Position numbers and translations under genes: made by a program. A model generated the notes under the pieces. The model was not told the DNA's origin. It did not search any database and worked only from the letters and a program-made list of their open reading frames with translations. Positions 1 through 14,133 of a stretch of DNA of 64,000 nt are shown piece by piece; the stretch's first letter is position 1, and each line of letters begins with the position of its first letter. The DNA lies in contig NC_081333.1 in assembly GCF_022539665.2 (NCBI RefSeq), forward strand, positions 2,232,001 to 2,296,000, written 5' to 3'. Source of the stretch: Daphnia carinata (Eukaryota).

Positions 1-3000
1 GTTTATCGAATCGGTACGCGGTGGAGTGTTTGAATGGTCATCGCAGAATAGATGTTCGAATTCTTCTTCAATTTCAAGATCACTGTCTACTGTATCCGGC
101 TGGCCTTCCCCTGTGTCCCATAGCTCGCATCCTGAGACTTCCGACGCCCGAATTTGGTCCGAATACGCTTGAAACGCCCCATTGCTTTCGTCCTCCTTTT
201 CCTGTTTTTCCGCAGAGTCAGGCCCGAAAACGTCATCCTCAAGACTACTCTGAGCCAGATCAATCAGGTTCAAAAAGACTGCCCACCTTTGCCGGTCCTC
301 TTCGAGCATGCTGCGCAGCGAGTCTTTCTGCTCCACAATCTCCAGCATTTCGGTAAGAATCGCGCCCTCCTTGTCCACGTCGGCTGGCGATTTCACCGTC
401 TCTATAAAAATGAAAATAATTTGGTATTAGCTGATGTGTTCATTTTTCCCGTCACATGGTGAGCTGTGAATGAGAAGTGAGAATTAAGAATCGCCAGCAC
501 ACCACCACAAAAGATATAGCTTTAGGCAAAAAGGATAAGTGATTAAACTCTTGAAAAAGCCACGCCTCCATGCTTTTTCATGCAAACGCTAGATGCCATG
601 ACTCAATTCAATCCTACCTGGCTCCAATGAGCCATCAGTGATAAAGACGTCGTCTTCCCAATCTAAATACGACGTTTCAATGGTTGGAATTAGCGAGTGT
701 TCGCGTCAAGCATGTGCGCGCGTCATCATGATTAGTTCGGCACAATAAAATTATTTTTCAATAAGTTAGTTCATTAGAAAGCTTAAGGGCTTGCTCATTA
801 TTAAGTGAGGCAATATCTATGCGAAAACTCGTGTGAAAGGTCTACGGTATACCATCCAAAGACATGCGATCCTTGAGCTCCTGCTGGAGTCGAGCATGTC
901 TATCCTCCAGCTCAAGTTCACGAGCACGAACCATCAGCTCCTGCTCGTACCGACTTAAGGCGTTTTTCTCGTGGACTAGCTGGAACCACTCTTGCATCAG
1001 GGCAGACTCGTCACGGCCGGACACTCCTGCAGACATATTACGTTAGCCACAAATTTTAAAAAGCCAATTGTAGAATGGAATTCAAAGTACCTCCTTCTTC
1101 ACCGCGTAATGTCCGTTCAAGTCGAACGCCTTGCTCTTCCAGTTCCTTTTGTTTAACTTCCATTTCTTCCAATTGGCGTTGAATAGACTGTGCCATACGT
1201 AGTCTAGCAATAAAAAGTGTGTTCCAGTACAAGGATTATCCAAATGTTTTCAGCAATGCAAACATACCTCTTTAATTCGGTTTGACGAGCTACTTGGCGC
1301 GCTTGTTTCGATTGCCGTTTGGTACTTGATGAGAAAGTCGACCATTGGCCACTTGGAGTTCCTGATGAATCGCATTGATCCACAGCAAAACCGGACGTTG
1401 GAGTCGTTGCCTCGCTTCCTGACGTTGGACTAGCAAGCAGAGAGGTTGCTCGCGGTTTAACACCACCTTTTCCATCTAAAAAAAAATGCAATTGTTTTCA
1501 TCCAAAACAATTAATAATTGAACATTTTCTATTTTTACCTTCGTTAGGAGGCGTAACAGGAGAACTAGCGGAACGAACTCGCCCGTCTTCATAAGAATTG
1601 TCCACCGCCAATTTATCCTGACAAAAAAAAACGATTAATTCTAAAGTAAATTCCCAGCAATAAATAAATCTACCTTGCTAGATTTATCCTTCTTTCCTGA
1701 AAACTTGGGCAATTGGAATTTAGTTGGACTGGATTTCTTGCTGGGGGAGTCAGACTCCTTTGCATCTTCTTTCTTAGAACTGCTGAATAGACCCGTGATT
1801 GTCTGTATGATGCTTCGACGACGTTCACGGTCTTTCGATTTCTTCACTTTCACGCCATGCTGGAAAACAAAAATTATCATAAAACACAATTTTTCGGGGG
1901 GAAATAGAAGCTTACCTCGTTGGTCGTCGATGGCGAAGAGGCCGAGGCGGCAGAATCAGCATCGAGCTTAACATTCGATTCAGCAGGTGAGAGTCCCGCC
2001 CACAGGTAACTGGTTGATTTGGACGAGTCGACCGATCGTGGGCTTTGTGGTGGACTTGTCGGGCTCAACGAGGACGGACGATTATGTTGCTGAATAAACA
2101 TGTTGCCGATGACATCTGTCCGTGGGCTGGGAGGTTGCAAAACTGGTACGGTCGGGCTAACTATATGCGACAATGATTTGGCGTTCTTCAATGCGGAATT
2201 ATTGAACGTTGGAACGGCTGAGGCGTTGTCCGAGATTCGTGACTGTTCCACTTTCTTGGCTGGGGTAATGTTCGATGGTGTGGCCATCAATCTAGGAGGT
2301 TTGGCAGGTGGTATAACCTCAGACGGAATTTGCACTGGGACATTTGGACGAGATGGAAGATCCCAAGATTTTTCTGCATCGACGTTGGGTTCTGAGAAAC
2401 TGCGAGTCCGGACGGGCAGCACTTCGTTGCTATCATCATCAACGCTGGGCTTGCGACGCAGCTTGTCTTTGAGATTTTCGATGTAATCCGGCGGACTTAA
2501 TCCAAGGTCTTGATCGGCTTTGGCTTGAGCTTTGGCCCGCGCTTCTTTGCGAGCCGAGTCTTGTCGTTCCAGCTGTCGGTTCACATCTTGCCATTCTTTC
2601 AGATTCGGCGTTTTGAATTCATTATCAGTCGGCCTTATCGATGGTGTTGAAATGAATAACTCGCGTTTCACAGCCCCTAAAGAACCTTCGTTGTTCATTT
2701 CAGCATCTACAAATAGAATTAAGCATTTAAATGGATATACAAAGCAAGAAATTGTCCATCGTATACCTTTCTTACTGCTGCTGATCGGTGTCATGTATTC
2801 ATTGGAAAGAGGTGGTGGAATTTCAGCCACTGACCGAAGGGATGAATGAGGTGTAGCGAAGATATCTCTACGATCAGGACTGATGGTGCTGCGGGGTTCC
2901 GAATCAGATCGCGAGGCTCTTGAAGATCCAGGAGGCGTCATGGACCCATAGGATCCTCGACGTTCTCTAGTTTTCTCCGGGCTAGTGCGTTGTATCCTAC

Positions 3001-6000
3001 TAAAGACCATTTCACGAACCAAATCGCCCTGTCGTTCACGTTCCTATTAGATACAGTGTATAAATAGATCATGTCTAGACTTTGACTGATTGTACAGTCT
3101 TCGTACCTGAGAAATGGCTTCCTTTTTGCGGAGCAAATTCGGTGAGGATTCGTATTTCTTTTTCTCCAACATACGACGGTGAATCTCTTTGTGAACACGT
3201 TCGTCTTTGATGGGCGTAAACAAAGGTGATTGCCTGTCTCGCGACATGGCAATTGAGTCTCTTAAACGACTGAAAGCGAAATTGGGAACTTCCGGCGATG
3301 GTACAGCCTATAAAATAAATAAAGTATGTTAAATATTAAATCATTTAAAAAATAAATAAGCTGAAAATGCCCATACCACGGGAGTATCTGGTTTGTCTGG
3401 TGTAGGAAGTTCCTCAACCAGAGGAGTATAGCCATTGAGATCCACAGCTTGTTCTTCGCTATTATCAGCATATTCGATGTCATCAAAATTAGACGTGCCC
3501 TTGTCCAACGTAGGCTTTGCAGACGGTGTTTCTGTTGAGCTCATAGGAGGTTCTTTTGTGGCCATTTGTTTAGCACCCGGATTCACATTCAGCTCAACAT
3601 CCAAATCACCGCGCAAACTAGTGTCGGCCCAGTCAGAGAATTCCGTCTCTGATAAAGCGAATTTTGAAGAATCGACAGACTCTCTGGAACGCGTTCGCGT
3701 CAAAACGGCCGCAAGTTTTTCAGGTAAATCAACTTTTTCGCTTGATGGGCTCAAATCGAAATTTTCTTGCATTGCCAATTGCGGATGAGGTGGTTGCACT
3801 GGTGACTCGTCATCAGATTGAGATAACGGTACGGCCGGCTCGTTTTGCAATACGAGGACAGCAGGTTCTTCGTCCTCTTCCACAACGACACTAGGCAAAG
3901 CGACGTAATGATTTAATGCTTCGTACGGTGCTTCAGATGTATCCGGCTCGGAATCTGTATCAAAACCGGAACTTGCATCGGAGTCTGCTTTGGGTTCCTC
4001 TGAATCACTGCTCGTAGCTTCGTCTGCAATGTTTTCGTTCGTCTGCGAAGAACCGCTATCACTCGATATCACTGGCACGACCTCGGTAGGATCAACAGCT
4101 TCAGCCGCAGGTTCACAGTTGGTCGGAGTTGCAGGCTCTTCGGAATCATCCAATTCCTTAGCCGAAATTTCTTTTTCAATAGCCGGTTGTGTAGGTTCAT
4201 CATTTTTGACGGGCAAAACACTTGGCAATTGTTGTGGTCTCGGATGGAAAATGTTGGCCGTGTTCTGTAGAAATACCTGTCAAAACAAGAGAAAAAAAAA
4301 TGCTGATAATTTCAAATAATAATTTGTTTTAATCATATCAATATCAACCTGCATGGGAACGCTCGGTTGAGGTGCAGGATTAAGCTTCTTTTGAGCTTCC
4401 GAAATGGTATCAGTAACGCTTCTTAATCTGCTATCTAAATCAGCAGCTGATGCAGATTTTTGCACCAACGAGCCAGTAGATCCTCCATAATCCAAATACT
4501 TTTTCTTGAGTTCCAGCGAGTTCTTTGACGCCATCATATCAGTGGCTGAAGGTGACCTTTCTAGTTCCTCATGACGACGCAGATAAGCCAATAAACGACC
4601 GGGAGTCGTCGGTGGATCGGCCATTTTCCTGCTGTCATCGTGGGATAACGTACGCTGGAGTGGGCGAGCATTCTCAAGCGATATGTATTGCTCAACGTAA
4701 TTCGGTTTGGGATTGCCATTCGATTGCGTTGGGATCAATAGTTCCGCCTCACCATCCGATACGTGATGCCCGTCCAATCCGTTACCATTGGCCAGCTGAT
4801 CGGTACTCTTCTTCAACTGTTCAGCTTCTGATTCGTTGACAACGATGGTGGGAATGCCCTGCGGTCCTAATCTCACGTCAGCATTGCTATTTTGATCAAA
4901 TTCTGAATCTGTTTCGATTTCCGTGGCAGAATCTCGCGCGTCTTCCTCGTCCTCGGTTTCTTCGTCTTCCTCATCTTCATCATCTTCATCTTCTTCCTCT
5001 TCACCACTCTCGTATTCGCTCTCTTCGACGTATTCTTCCTCATCTTCTTCGTCTTCCAATTCCGGTTCATCTTCGGAACCCATCTGTAAACAATAGCAAA
5101 CAGATGATATTAAGATTTAACAAGGACATTAATTGGAATATTACCTCTGTGCCGGAACTTGTTGCTTCTTCACTGGATTTCTTATAACATGGATTGGATG
5201 GAAGCGGGAAAGCTGGTACATCGATTCGAACATTATTTTCTTCTTCATCTAAAATAAAAAGATTTTTAAGCTTTGTTCAGATTAGAATAATTTCAGTACA
5301 CACTTTCCGGGATGCTCTCATGAGGTGATTCACGATATTCGTGTTGGGTACGATCCGCCGCTTCAGCCAAATGGCGCTTTTTCCATGCTTCAGCTAATCT
5401 TCGTGTCCCCTCTGCAGTCAAAGGTGGATCAAGTTCCATGACGTTTTCACCTCCTTCTCCATCTTCCTCTTCGTCGGAACTACGAACAGGATAATTGCAA
5501 CAAGGAATACAAATGATAAAGCCAAAATTCAAATGACTCACCTCGAATCATCCAAAGAAGATGCTTCATCTTCCGTGCCAGAATGAGTCGAATTGCCGAA
5601 ATTGTGATCGGTCCATTCGTCTTCGTCGATTTCGCTCAGTTGGTCTTCTTTAGCCGCTTCATCGGCGATCGAATTCTCAAATTCGACTCGTTCTGGAGTG
5701 CCGTCTCGGCGGAAGTCGGGATCGGCAGCTTGGACGGCGGCCTGGACTAGAGGGCTCTTCAGCGGTTCAAATACAACGGGTTTATCGGCACTAGATAAAT
5801 TAAAATAAAAAATTATTTTTCAATCAAATAAAACAGAAGACGAATGATTACATGAGATGTTGACTGGTTGGTTGGGCTGCGACGGGCTGAGCTATTCTTC
5901 TTTCTATTTGTCCGTCAACGCAATTCTCGCCATGGCGTCCGATGATGAGTTTGTTCCGCATATAGTAGAGCATGGAAACGTGAGGCATGCAGAAAAAGAC

Positions 6001-9000
6001 TCCGCCGAGGAGGTCGTCCCTGACGAAAGCGTATCCGCCGAGCCGGAGCGTCGTGGCGCAATATTCGCAGCGGAAACATCCGCGATGGAAGAAGCGGCCT
6101 TCGGCGTTCATCCGCTCCATGAGATAGACCCTTTTGGCGCAAAAGTGGCACGTCTCCGAACCGCCTTGTTGCGGGAGGTTGAGCACGGGTTTCGGCCTAA
6201 ACGATTCCGCTTGGTCGTTCATGCTGGCCTGCGACACTTCCGGCACTTTTTTCGACAGCTGCTGGGCCATGGCGGAAACCTTATTGCTGCCTCGATGGCC
6301 AGTATCCAAAACACTTCCTTCCTTCAACTTCCTCTCCAGCTGCTTCATATTGCGCTCCAAATTGCTGTGCTTTTCATTGATGGCTTCAACGGGCAAACCA
6401 TGGATACGTCGATTGATCGCTTCAAACTGTTTAACCAAAAAAAAAAAATGATTACAAAGAGGACAGATGTCACGAAATGAAAATATTTAGGATACCTTAT
6501 CGGTGAACGCATCCCTATTCCATTTGGGGACTTTGTTATCGTGGGGATCTTTCAACCCGCCAGGTGTTTGATTCTCTTCAATCTTCTTTTCTAAAGCTGA
6601 GAGCTGCCAGTCGTTCTTATCCAATTTTCCTGAATTACAACAAAAAAAAAAACAAGAATGAATTCATTTCCATATTTCAGAAATTAAAAAAACAATTTTA
6701 CCTATGGCTCGAATAAGATCCTTGGGCTTCTTGTCGGTCGGCCGATTGCCTCTCAGTTTGGCTTCCAAATCACGGACTTTATTGCTGAGCGATTCGCTGC
6801 CTTCCGATGCGCCTCCTCCACGAGCTCCTGGTTTGCCACTTCGATCCTGTATGTACAGAAAGGGTTAATAATAAGAAAAATCGATCAAACAAACACATAC
6901 ACTCGATCTTGCAAACGCTGAGAACATATCCAATGCAAACAAAAAACACAACCACAGACGTTAAAAAACAAAACAAAGATAAATAAAAGGGTGCGCCACT
7001 CTCGCAAGTTAGTATTCATACTGGGCATGCTCGCTATGGGGGGTAGTAGAGTTATATTCAATTCCCACGACTGAATATGGATGAGTTAGATGCATGTCTA
7101 GAATCAAGAAATCCATCGTTCCGCCAACAATACAACTGCCAATCACGTGGAGCCAGAGGGCATGTTATGATTGCAGCGCCCATTCTCTTCAAGTTTGTGC
7201 GTCATGCTTTCGGTGGGTGCACAAACACACACTGCCTTCGAGGCTTACGATAGGGTTGAAACCGGACAGCATCTTCTCCAGTCGGCACCTCTTATCCTCA
7301 AAATCCGACTCGAGACGATAAATGAATAAAGAAATATCCTGCAGGTCGCGATCAGCCTTCATCTGTCTTTCTGTGGCCTTGCTGAATCCGCCTACTTCGC
7401 CCGGATCGCCACCGGCTTGCAACATCTGCATACTTCTATCGAATCGGAGGCGTAGGAAAGCAGCCGCCCGCTGTTTTCGGTCCAACCGGTTTGCGGCTAT
7501 CTCTTGCTGCACTTGACCGCGTTCCTGAACCCAACGCGTTTAACATGAACTTACAAAAGCCGCACTGGGGGAGCAAAACTTTGTTTTTGGCTCCAAGCCA
7601 ATTTGCAATCGATTTTGAACGTTCAGTTCACTAACCAGAAGATGGAAAGAAGAAAGACCTTGGATAAAGGGAATATGCACTTACTATGGTACCGTGTAAC
7701 GAACGGTCAGTACTGCGACGCTTGCGGGCTTTGCGCAATGACATGTCGGCTTTGTTACGGTCCCCTCCCGTTCGGTTGAGCGTGCTGGATGCCTCCGCCG
7801 CTACTACTCGTTCCAACGTTTTGCGTTTGTTTGTCGTTGACAACCTGGATGATGTTTTGTTTTGAGCCGCAGCACGTTGATATTGCCCAGCAGAAGATAT
7901 AGTAACCGGTCGTTTTTGTGAGGTAGCTCCCAAAATGTCTTCTTCAGATTCGGTCAGCTCCTATCAAATGCGGTCGTTAATAAGATGATGAAACATTAGA
8001 TTTTTAGAAAAGACTGACCCGTTTCGGCTGTTTGACGCACGGAATCTCGCCGCGGAACAGTTCGTGGACTTGCGTCAGATAGGAGAGCATGGCCAGCTTA
8101 TCTGGGACTGCCAGCTGGGCCATTTCGTAGCCAGTAGTCACCTACAAGGGAATTTCCGTTACGTTACACACTTTGTTTTCCAGTGTAGGTAAACTTACGG
8201 GAGGCAAGCCGAGTTCTTCAAGGATGTCGAAAGCCAGCTGGTTATTAACGGCAACATTAGCTGGATCAAGAGAGGCAAAGTCCAGTAAATCGGGACGGTA
8301 TCTGTGAATAATCGCGCAGAGAGCAAGACCATCTTGAAACGAAGTAGTTACATCCGTAATCGTGATATCATACAACGCAATCTGCTTTTTAAGCCAGAGC
8401 AATAACGTGTCTGGATGGATAAACGAATCCGCTGCAAAAAATACGAATTCAATTAAAACGGTGAGAAACGGGAAATAATTGATCATCTTCGCCTTACGTC
8501 TTTTGGATCGTTTCCTGGTGCCCTCCTCGACGGGAGCCTTGACAGGCCTCTCCAGTTCAGCAGTGTTATCCGTATCGTAGAGCGATTTGACCTGGAACTC
8601 GAGGCAAGCCCGGGTGTTGAGGTTGGGGTAGCGAGTTTGAGGCTCCACGGTGTAGGCACTGTAATCTTTGTTGAGGTTCTCGGGCGTGGTCTGGGCCAGC
8701 AGGCGGTAAATGGACTCGCGTTCAGCGAGGACCTCCAGCGGAGTCATCCGACCACTCGACCAAGAGTGGATGGCCCAGCAGGCGTCGAAAGAGCTCAACC
8801 AGCCACGGGCGCATCCAGAGCCGGTGGGCCAGAACGGCTCCAATAAACTGTCGCCCACCAGGCACATGAGCATTTTGTGACCGTGCCGTTCCAGCACCCT
8901 CGAAGCGTTCTCGGCCGCAAACATGGACGTAAAGTCAAACATGGCCACATCCGGCTGTCCGTAATGGTTGACTGCGAAATCCAAATGCGGCAGCTGGTAA

Positions 9001-11221
9001 TTGGTGGAAAAATCAGCCGCTTGGCGGGCGTAATCCATCAGTGCTTCCTTATTGACATTCTCGATGGACAACAATTTCACCGTGTCCGGATAATCCTGAT
9101 GTGACACGAAGCAATTCGAAATGAGAAAGACATTTTGAATTGGAGTTAAAAACCTTTACCTGGATAATGACACCCTTGTTGAGTAACGATTGCTTCTTGG
9201 CCGTCATGACAAAGTAGTGCGTTTCGTCTTTGTAGTAAACGATGTTCTCCAGATCGATGCCGGTAACAGCATTGAGCTCTTTGAAGAATTTTTGATTGAA
9301 AATGAAAGCCACTCCGGAGATCTCCTCGACGCGTGCCTCCGCTTCCGATTTCTTGTTAACCAAATTAGCCGTAATGGCAATGGCCAATCGTCCGCGGAAT
9401 TCTTTGCGTTTGAATCCTGAAAAAAAAAATGCTATTAGTCATATTGAGGGCAAGGCTATTTTGTTTCTATTTTCACGTACCGTCCAGTGTGTTTCTCTTG
9501 CCATCAGCACCGATGAGCACGTCAAATTCATACTGCGAGACGGGATGATCCAACGGGCTAACTTTAGCCTTCCAACCTATTTCTATTTGTTGGAACAAAA
9601 CAAACACGGAGTCAGTGACGTCTACGTAACAAAGGCAAAAAACAAAAAACAAAAAATAAAACTGATTACTTATCGATTGATCTTCTGGTGGTTCAACGAG
9701 TCCATCAAACGTCACATTTTCATGAATTTCAACTCCTAGAAGTAGAGCTACTTTAAGTAGAATGCACTGCAATTGGCGAATACCTAGAAATAATTGTTAA
9801 AAGAAAACAAGTGATGACGCAACGACGGCAAGAAAAACAAGTCCAAATTACTTACTGATGTGATCGATGGATCCGGCGCAGAACTTGCCAAAAAACTTTT
9901 TAGCGCCGAGAGCCCTCAGATCGTGGATAACAAACGGCCAGAGATGGAGGACGTTGTTGCGAGAAAACCTGTCTCTTTTTTCGACGACAACGACTTTGGC
10001 GCCCAACAGCTGGGCTTCGATGGCCGTCCGTAATCCGCACGGCCCTCCACCAATGATAAGCACCTAGAGAGAGAAAATGACATCAGTCTGCGTGACTCAT
10101 CCCTCAATCGTGATGAAAGACATAAGCCAGGCAAACATCTTGATGTAAACAAGGCCGTCGCCAAGATTGCCGACGCCAACAGTCACCTTATCAGACTGGG
10201 CTGGTTGCGAAAAATAGCCCAGAAAACGACGATTGATTCTGGCAAAGGTTACTATTATTATTCTGTTTTAAAAATCTTGTTGCGGGTTTTGCCGTTTTAT
10301 GTTTGAAGTAGCACCAAAAAAAAAATAGTGCCTTTCCAACTGTTGAAGATACTCGGGGGAGGCCCGAAAAAAAAAGTGGAACGGAAAGAAGCTACCGGGC
10401 AAACAACGAAAATAGAACCTTGTTTTTTAAAAAGCGATGCGCACGCATAAGGTGACGAAGAGCTAGACTTAAAAAATTGAAGTTAAATCTTCTATAAAAA
10501 CCCGGAAAAAAAATATGTTCCTACCAAAAACATTGCCCTTGAAGATTACCTATTTTTTTTTTAAGCTATGTTTTTTGTACGTGACGGAATTATGAGAGCA
10601 ACAATGAACGTCTGTTGGGACGGACGAGATATCCAAAGAGACACACTATGTCCATGTATGGAACCTTCTTGGAGGACATGTCGTCGTTGTTGTCGAGCAG
10701 ATAAGGAGCGCCCCAAATGGCACGCCACCAAAATCCGATGTAAAAGGAGAAAAAGTCAACAATTGAAATCATGTTTTACCCGAGTGTTGGAACAAGGTCT
10801 TCCTCGATTGTAGCACCGATGAGCCGCCCGTTTGTCGAATTTACTCCACAACGCCTGGGCTTTCCACGAGCGTAGCTTGGCCTGTCGGAAATGAATCAGA
10901 AGAATAACAATTTAGCCAGGTATTAAAAAAAAAAAACGAGTCAGCACTTCATCATAGGTGACACGAACGTTACGAGGGGAAAACGATCTTTCTTTCTTAA
11001 ATGGAAATTATAAGAAAGCGTCGTCTATTACTGACCTTGAGTTTCGGGTAGAAGAGCGGGAAGTAAGTGGGTTTCAGCCGGAGCAAATCGCACAGCTGCC
11101 GGTACAGGCTCAAAATCGATTTGAACGTGACAGCGTTGCAGAACTTGTCGAAGACATCCGAGGCCAGAGCCGAATCCGGAGAGGTCACTCGGGCGACACC
11201 GCCACCGCTGTTGGCGTACAT
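1..11221 (-). CDS. Mical: MICAL, F-actin methionine monooxygenase (multi-exon; 3' end lies beyond the window edge)
   Basis: Spliced exons encode the FAD monooxygenase ([50 protein letters not shown]), a calponin-homology domain ([19 protein letters not shown]), a LIM domain ([13 protein letters not shown]...CFRCEYC...FFCMPH), a long acidic/Pro-rich linker and a C-terminal bMERB-like coiled coil ([15 protein letters not shown]...ELELEDRH). The ATG at 11221 is preceded by an in-frame TAA. Confidence 0.96.
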
Positions 11222-13227
11222 TTTTCTTTATATTTTAGCAACGGCCTTGTTTTTCTTTTCTGGTGTTAATTATCCTTCGCTGAATGTTGCTTCATCCTCT
11301 TCCACTAGAGGATGAGAAAAGCCAATAAATGAAAAACGATTCGTGAATAATAATGAGCAACTCACGATCTTGGACAGCCTCTTAGTCACACAAATGTGCC
11401 GAGGCGGGCCAGAGCGCGCGGGTTACACAACGGGATAATCGTTTTTTTTCCCCCAAGTTTCATCGATAGCCCCAGGGAAGATTTCTGACCTTATATGGGT
11501 GCGTTCAGAATATGTCGAACGACACACCTGACTGTTACTAATCTTTTATTCCCAACATTTTCTCATTACCCAATATTCAAAATGCAAACATTTTCCAGCG
11601 TGGCTCAAAGATTGGGGAGAAATGTTGATAAGAGATATGTCAACTTGTGCAGTAGCCTTTTTTTACCAATGTTTTGGTGGTTCTCTTTTTTTCACGACTC
11701 GAAAACTAGCAGAAGACGAATCATCTTTTCCCCCACTAAGACAACATTTCACTTATTTTACATGATTAAAACCTAGACAAACTACTGAATAAAAACATTT
11801 TTCTGTGGATAAAACTGACAAAAACTTTAGACCTTTTACCAAATTGATTGCAATCATTATATGGCTTGATAAAAAGAAAACTTGAGCACAAACATACCTC
11901 GTTTTTTTTTTGGCTGTCAGCACCACCTACAGATGTTTCGATTGTGGACAAAGAAGATGTCGTCAACACACAAGCACATACACGAAATCAGCATGAACTG
12001 CGTATATTTGTAAGCCTCTTCGTCTTACAAATAATAATAAAATATCTCACAAAGAATCGCGTTCACGTCCGATGCACAATCGACCACAACTGAGCGAAAA
12101 TTTTTCAGTTCTCATACCATTCGTGTGGCACCAGAAGGGCGAGGAACTCTGCCTTCCTCCAATAAAATATAAGCTTACTCCTCTGCCATCTGGCGGAGCT
12201 GGCATCAACAACAATTCCTGTTTTTCGTTTCATCGAATCCATAGAAAAAAAAAATGAAAATACTGAAATGTTCTGTTAGAGCAGGTTATATTATTTTAAG
12301 ACATGTAGAATAAGAGCGAATCATAACCGCATGACTGATAAGTAATTTCCGGGACAATGCAAGACTGTATGACCACAAATTTCCCTCATGAACGAAAAAA
12401 TACTGAATCCGTCATTAAATTCTCATTAACTTGAAAAAAAGGGTCGCGAAACGACCGGGAGTATTAAACGAATTTTATCACATTAGGTTTTATCGTAACT
12501 ACGATACTACACATATGTTTCGAATAGAAAGATTTTAATTTCGTCTTTATGACTATTTTCCACAGGTTAACTTGTTGTGTACACAAAGAAGCCATTTTTT
12601 GTCTGCTAACAACGAATTACTTAGCCCGTTATATTGTCAAGACAAGAAATTACGACTGGAATTACAGACAACGTGGTTTTCATTTATCTGGATTCTCACT
12701 GTGTTGATTTTTTTCCAATTAAATTATTCTAAATGAGTACATGTTGTACAACAATGATACACTGGCCATGTGGGAATACGTGTTAATATTGTTACGCAAC
12801 ATCAAGTTCTTTCTTTATCAGTAAGCAAACAAGTGAAATTAGGTAATAGATATGCTTCATCTATGAAGTGTAAATTGAAATTTTTCTTTGACCAAGGTGC
12901 ATGACCAATGCATGTGTCATCTCGAAACTTTTTACGCCGTACCGCTACCGGTCCTACCACCCCATGCCTGCGTTCCAGTTCGTAATCACTTACAAAAACT
13001 GGCATCAGTCATTACAAAAATATTTTCAAAATTATTAAAACAGGTAGAAACACGGCAGTTAGCAAGGATTATCCTTTTCTTTTCAACTATTAAAGTTAGA
13101 CTTAGAGAGAATCAACTTTAGCGACAACGGTGTATAAATTATTTGCATTTTGCTTTTTTTGACACTAGATACTTGGGTTGTGTAGAGTGCAGCGGCGGAC
13201 GACAGTTGTACAGCGAAAATTTTATTC

Positions 13228-13867
13228 ATGGCGTCTATCGTTTTAAAAAGTTTGTCTATATTCTTAGGATTGTTCTTCATATTTGTTGGGATTATGAAGA
13301 TTACACCCTACATCAGCAAAGAACTTCATAAGGATTTGGTACGTGGAAATCTACGTTTTTCTTACATATTCAGCTGCCTAACAATGTGAATATCATTTCA
13401 TCGTTTAGCGACAAGAATATGTAAAATATGCCAAAATTATACCATTAGCACGCTGGCTGAATGTAAAAATACCTTCAAAATGGTATCGCCGTATAGTTGG
13501 TGGCCTTGAAATTGTCTGTGGCATTGCTCTTACATTCATCCCACATCGTAAGCTATATCTCAATCATGACATTGTTTTTACTCAGTGCCCACTGATTCCT
13601 TTATCTGCAGGTCGTACAAAGCAGTTAGCTAACTGGATTCTACTTTCTTTAATGATTGCTGCAATTTCCTTGCATTGGGCAGTAGATGACAAGCTAGAAC
13701 GCTCTGCCCCAGCTCTAGTCTTCTTCTTTATGTTGACATGTCGGTTGGTGGTGGAGTGGCAAACTGAACGCCAAGATAAAGCAGAGGCTGCTAAAGCATC
13801 AGCAAAAGCGCCTTCTGTGGGACCTACCCATTCTAACATCCCAGCCAAACTAGCGAAGAACGATTAA
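13228..13867 (+). CDS. NACHO: NACHO / TMEM35-family nicotinic acetylcholine receptor chaperone, 3 exons (13228-13338, 13409-13547, 13611-13867)
   Basis: Manual splicing at GT-AG sites gives MASIVLKSLSIFLGLFFIFVGIMKITPYISKELHKDL-RQEYVKYAKIIPL...KIPSKWYRRIVGGLEIVCGIAL...DDKLERSAPALVFFFMLTCRLVV, which matches the TMEM35/NACHO family pattern with four hydrophobic segments. Confidence 0.92.
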
Positions 13868-14133
13868 TCTGAATTTTGGTGCCATGACAGAATATGCTCT
13901 TTGTCTAAGTCAGTTATGTTGTAGCAGTATTGTGACAGTCTTGACTCTCTGTGGTTTTAATTTAATTTTCTATTTGATTAACTTATTTTCCATTTCACAA
14001 GAGTAGCAGTTAGAACGTTTTCAGACCGAATGATCTCGCACGCCCGATCCATAATACAATTGTGTTCTATGCACATTTTTCATAATAAAATAATTGTTTG
14101 TGGAAATTAAATTGTTAAATAATTCTTACGCTT

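Noticed and set aside
6428..6495. MICAL intron starting GTATCCT as a U12-type intron
   Set aside because: The donor continues AA rather than TT, there is no TCCTTAAC branch site, and a normal T-rich tract precedes the AG.
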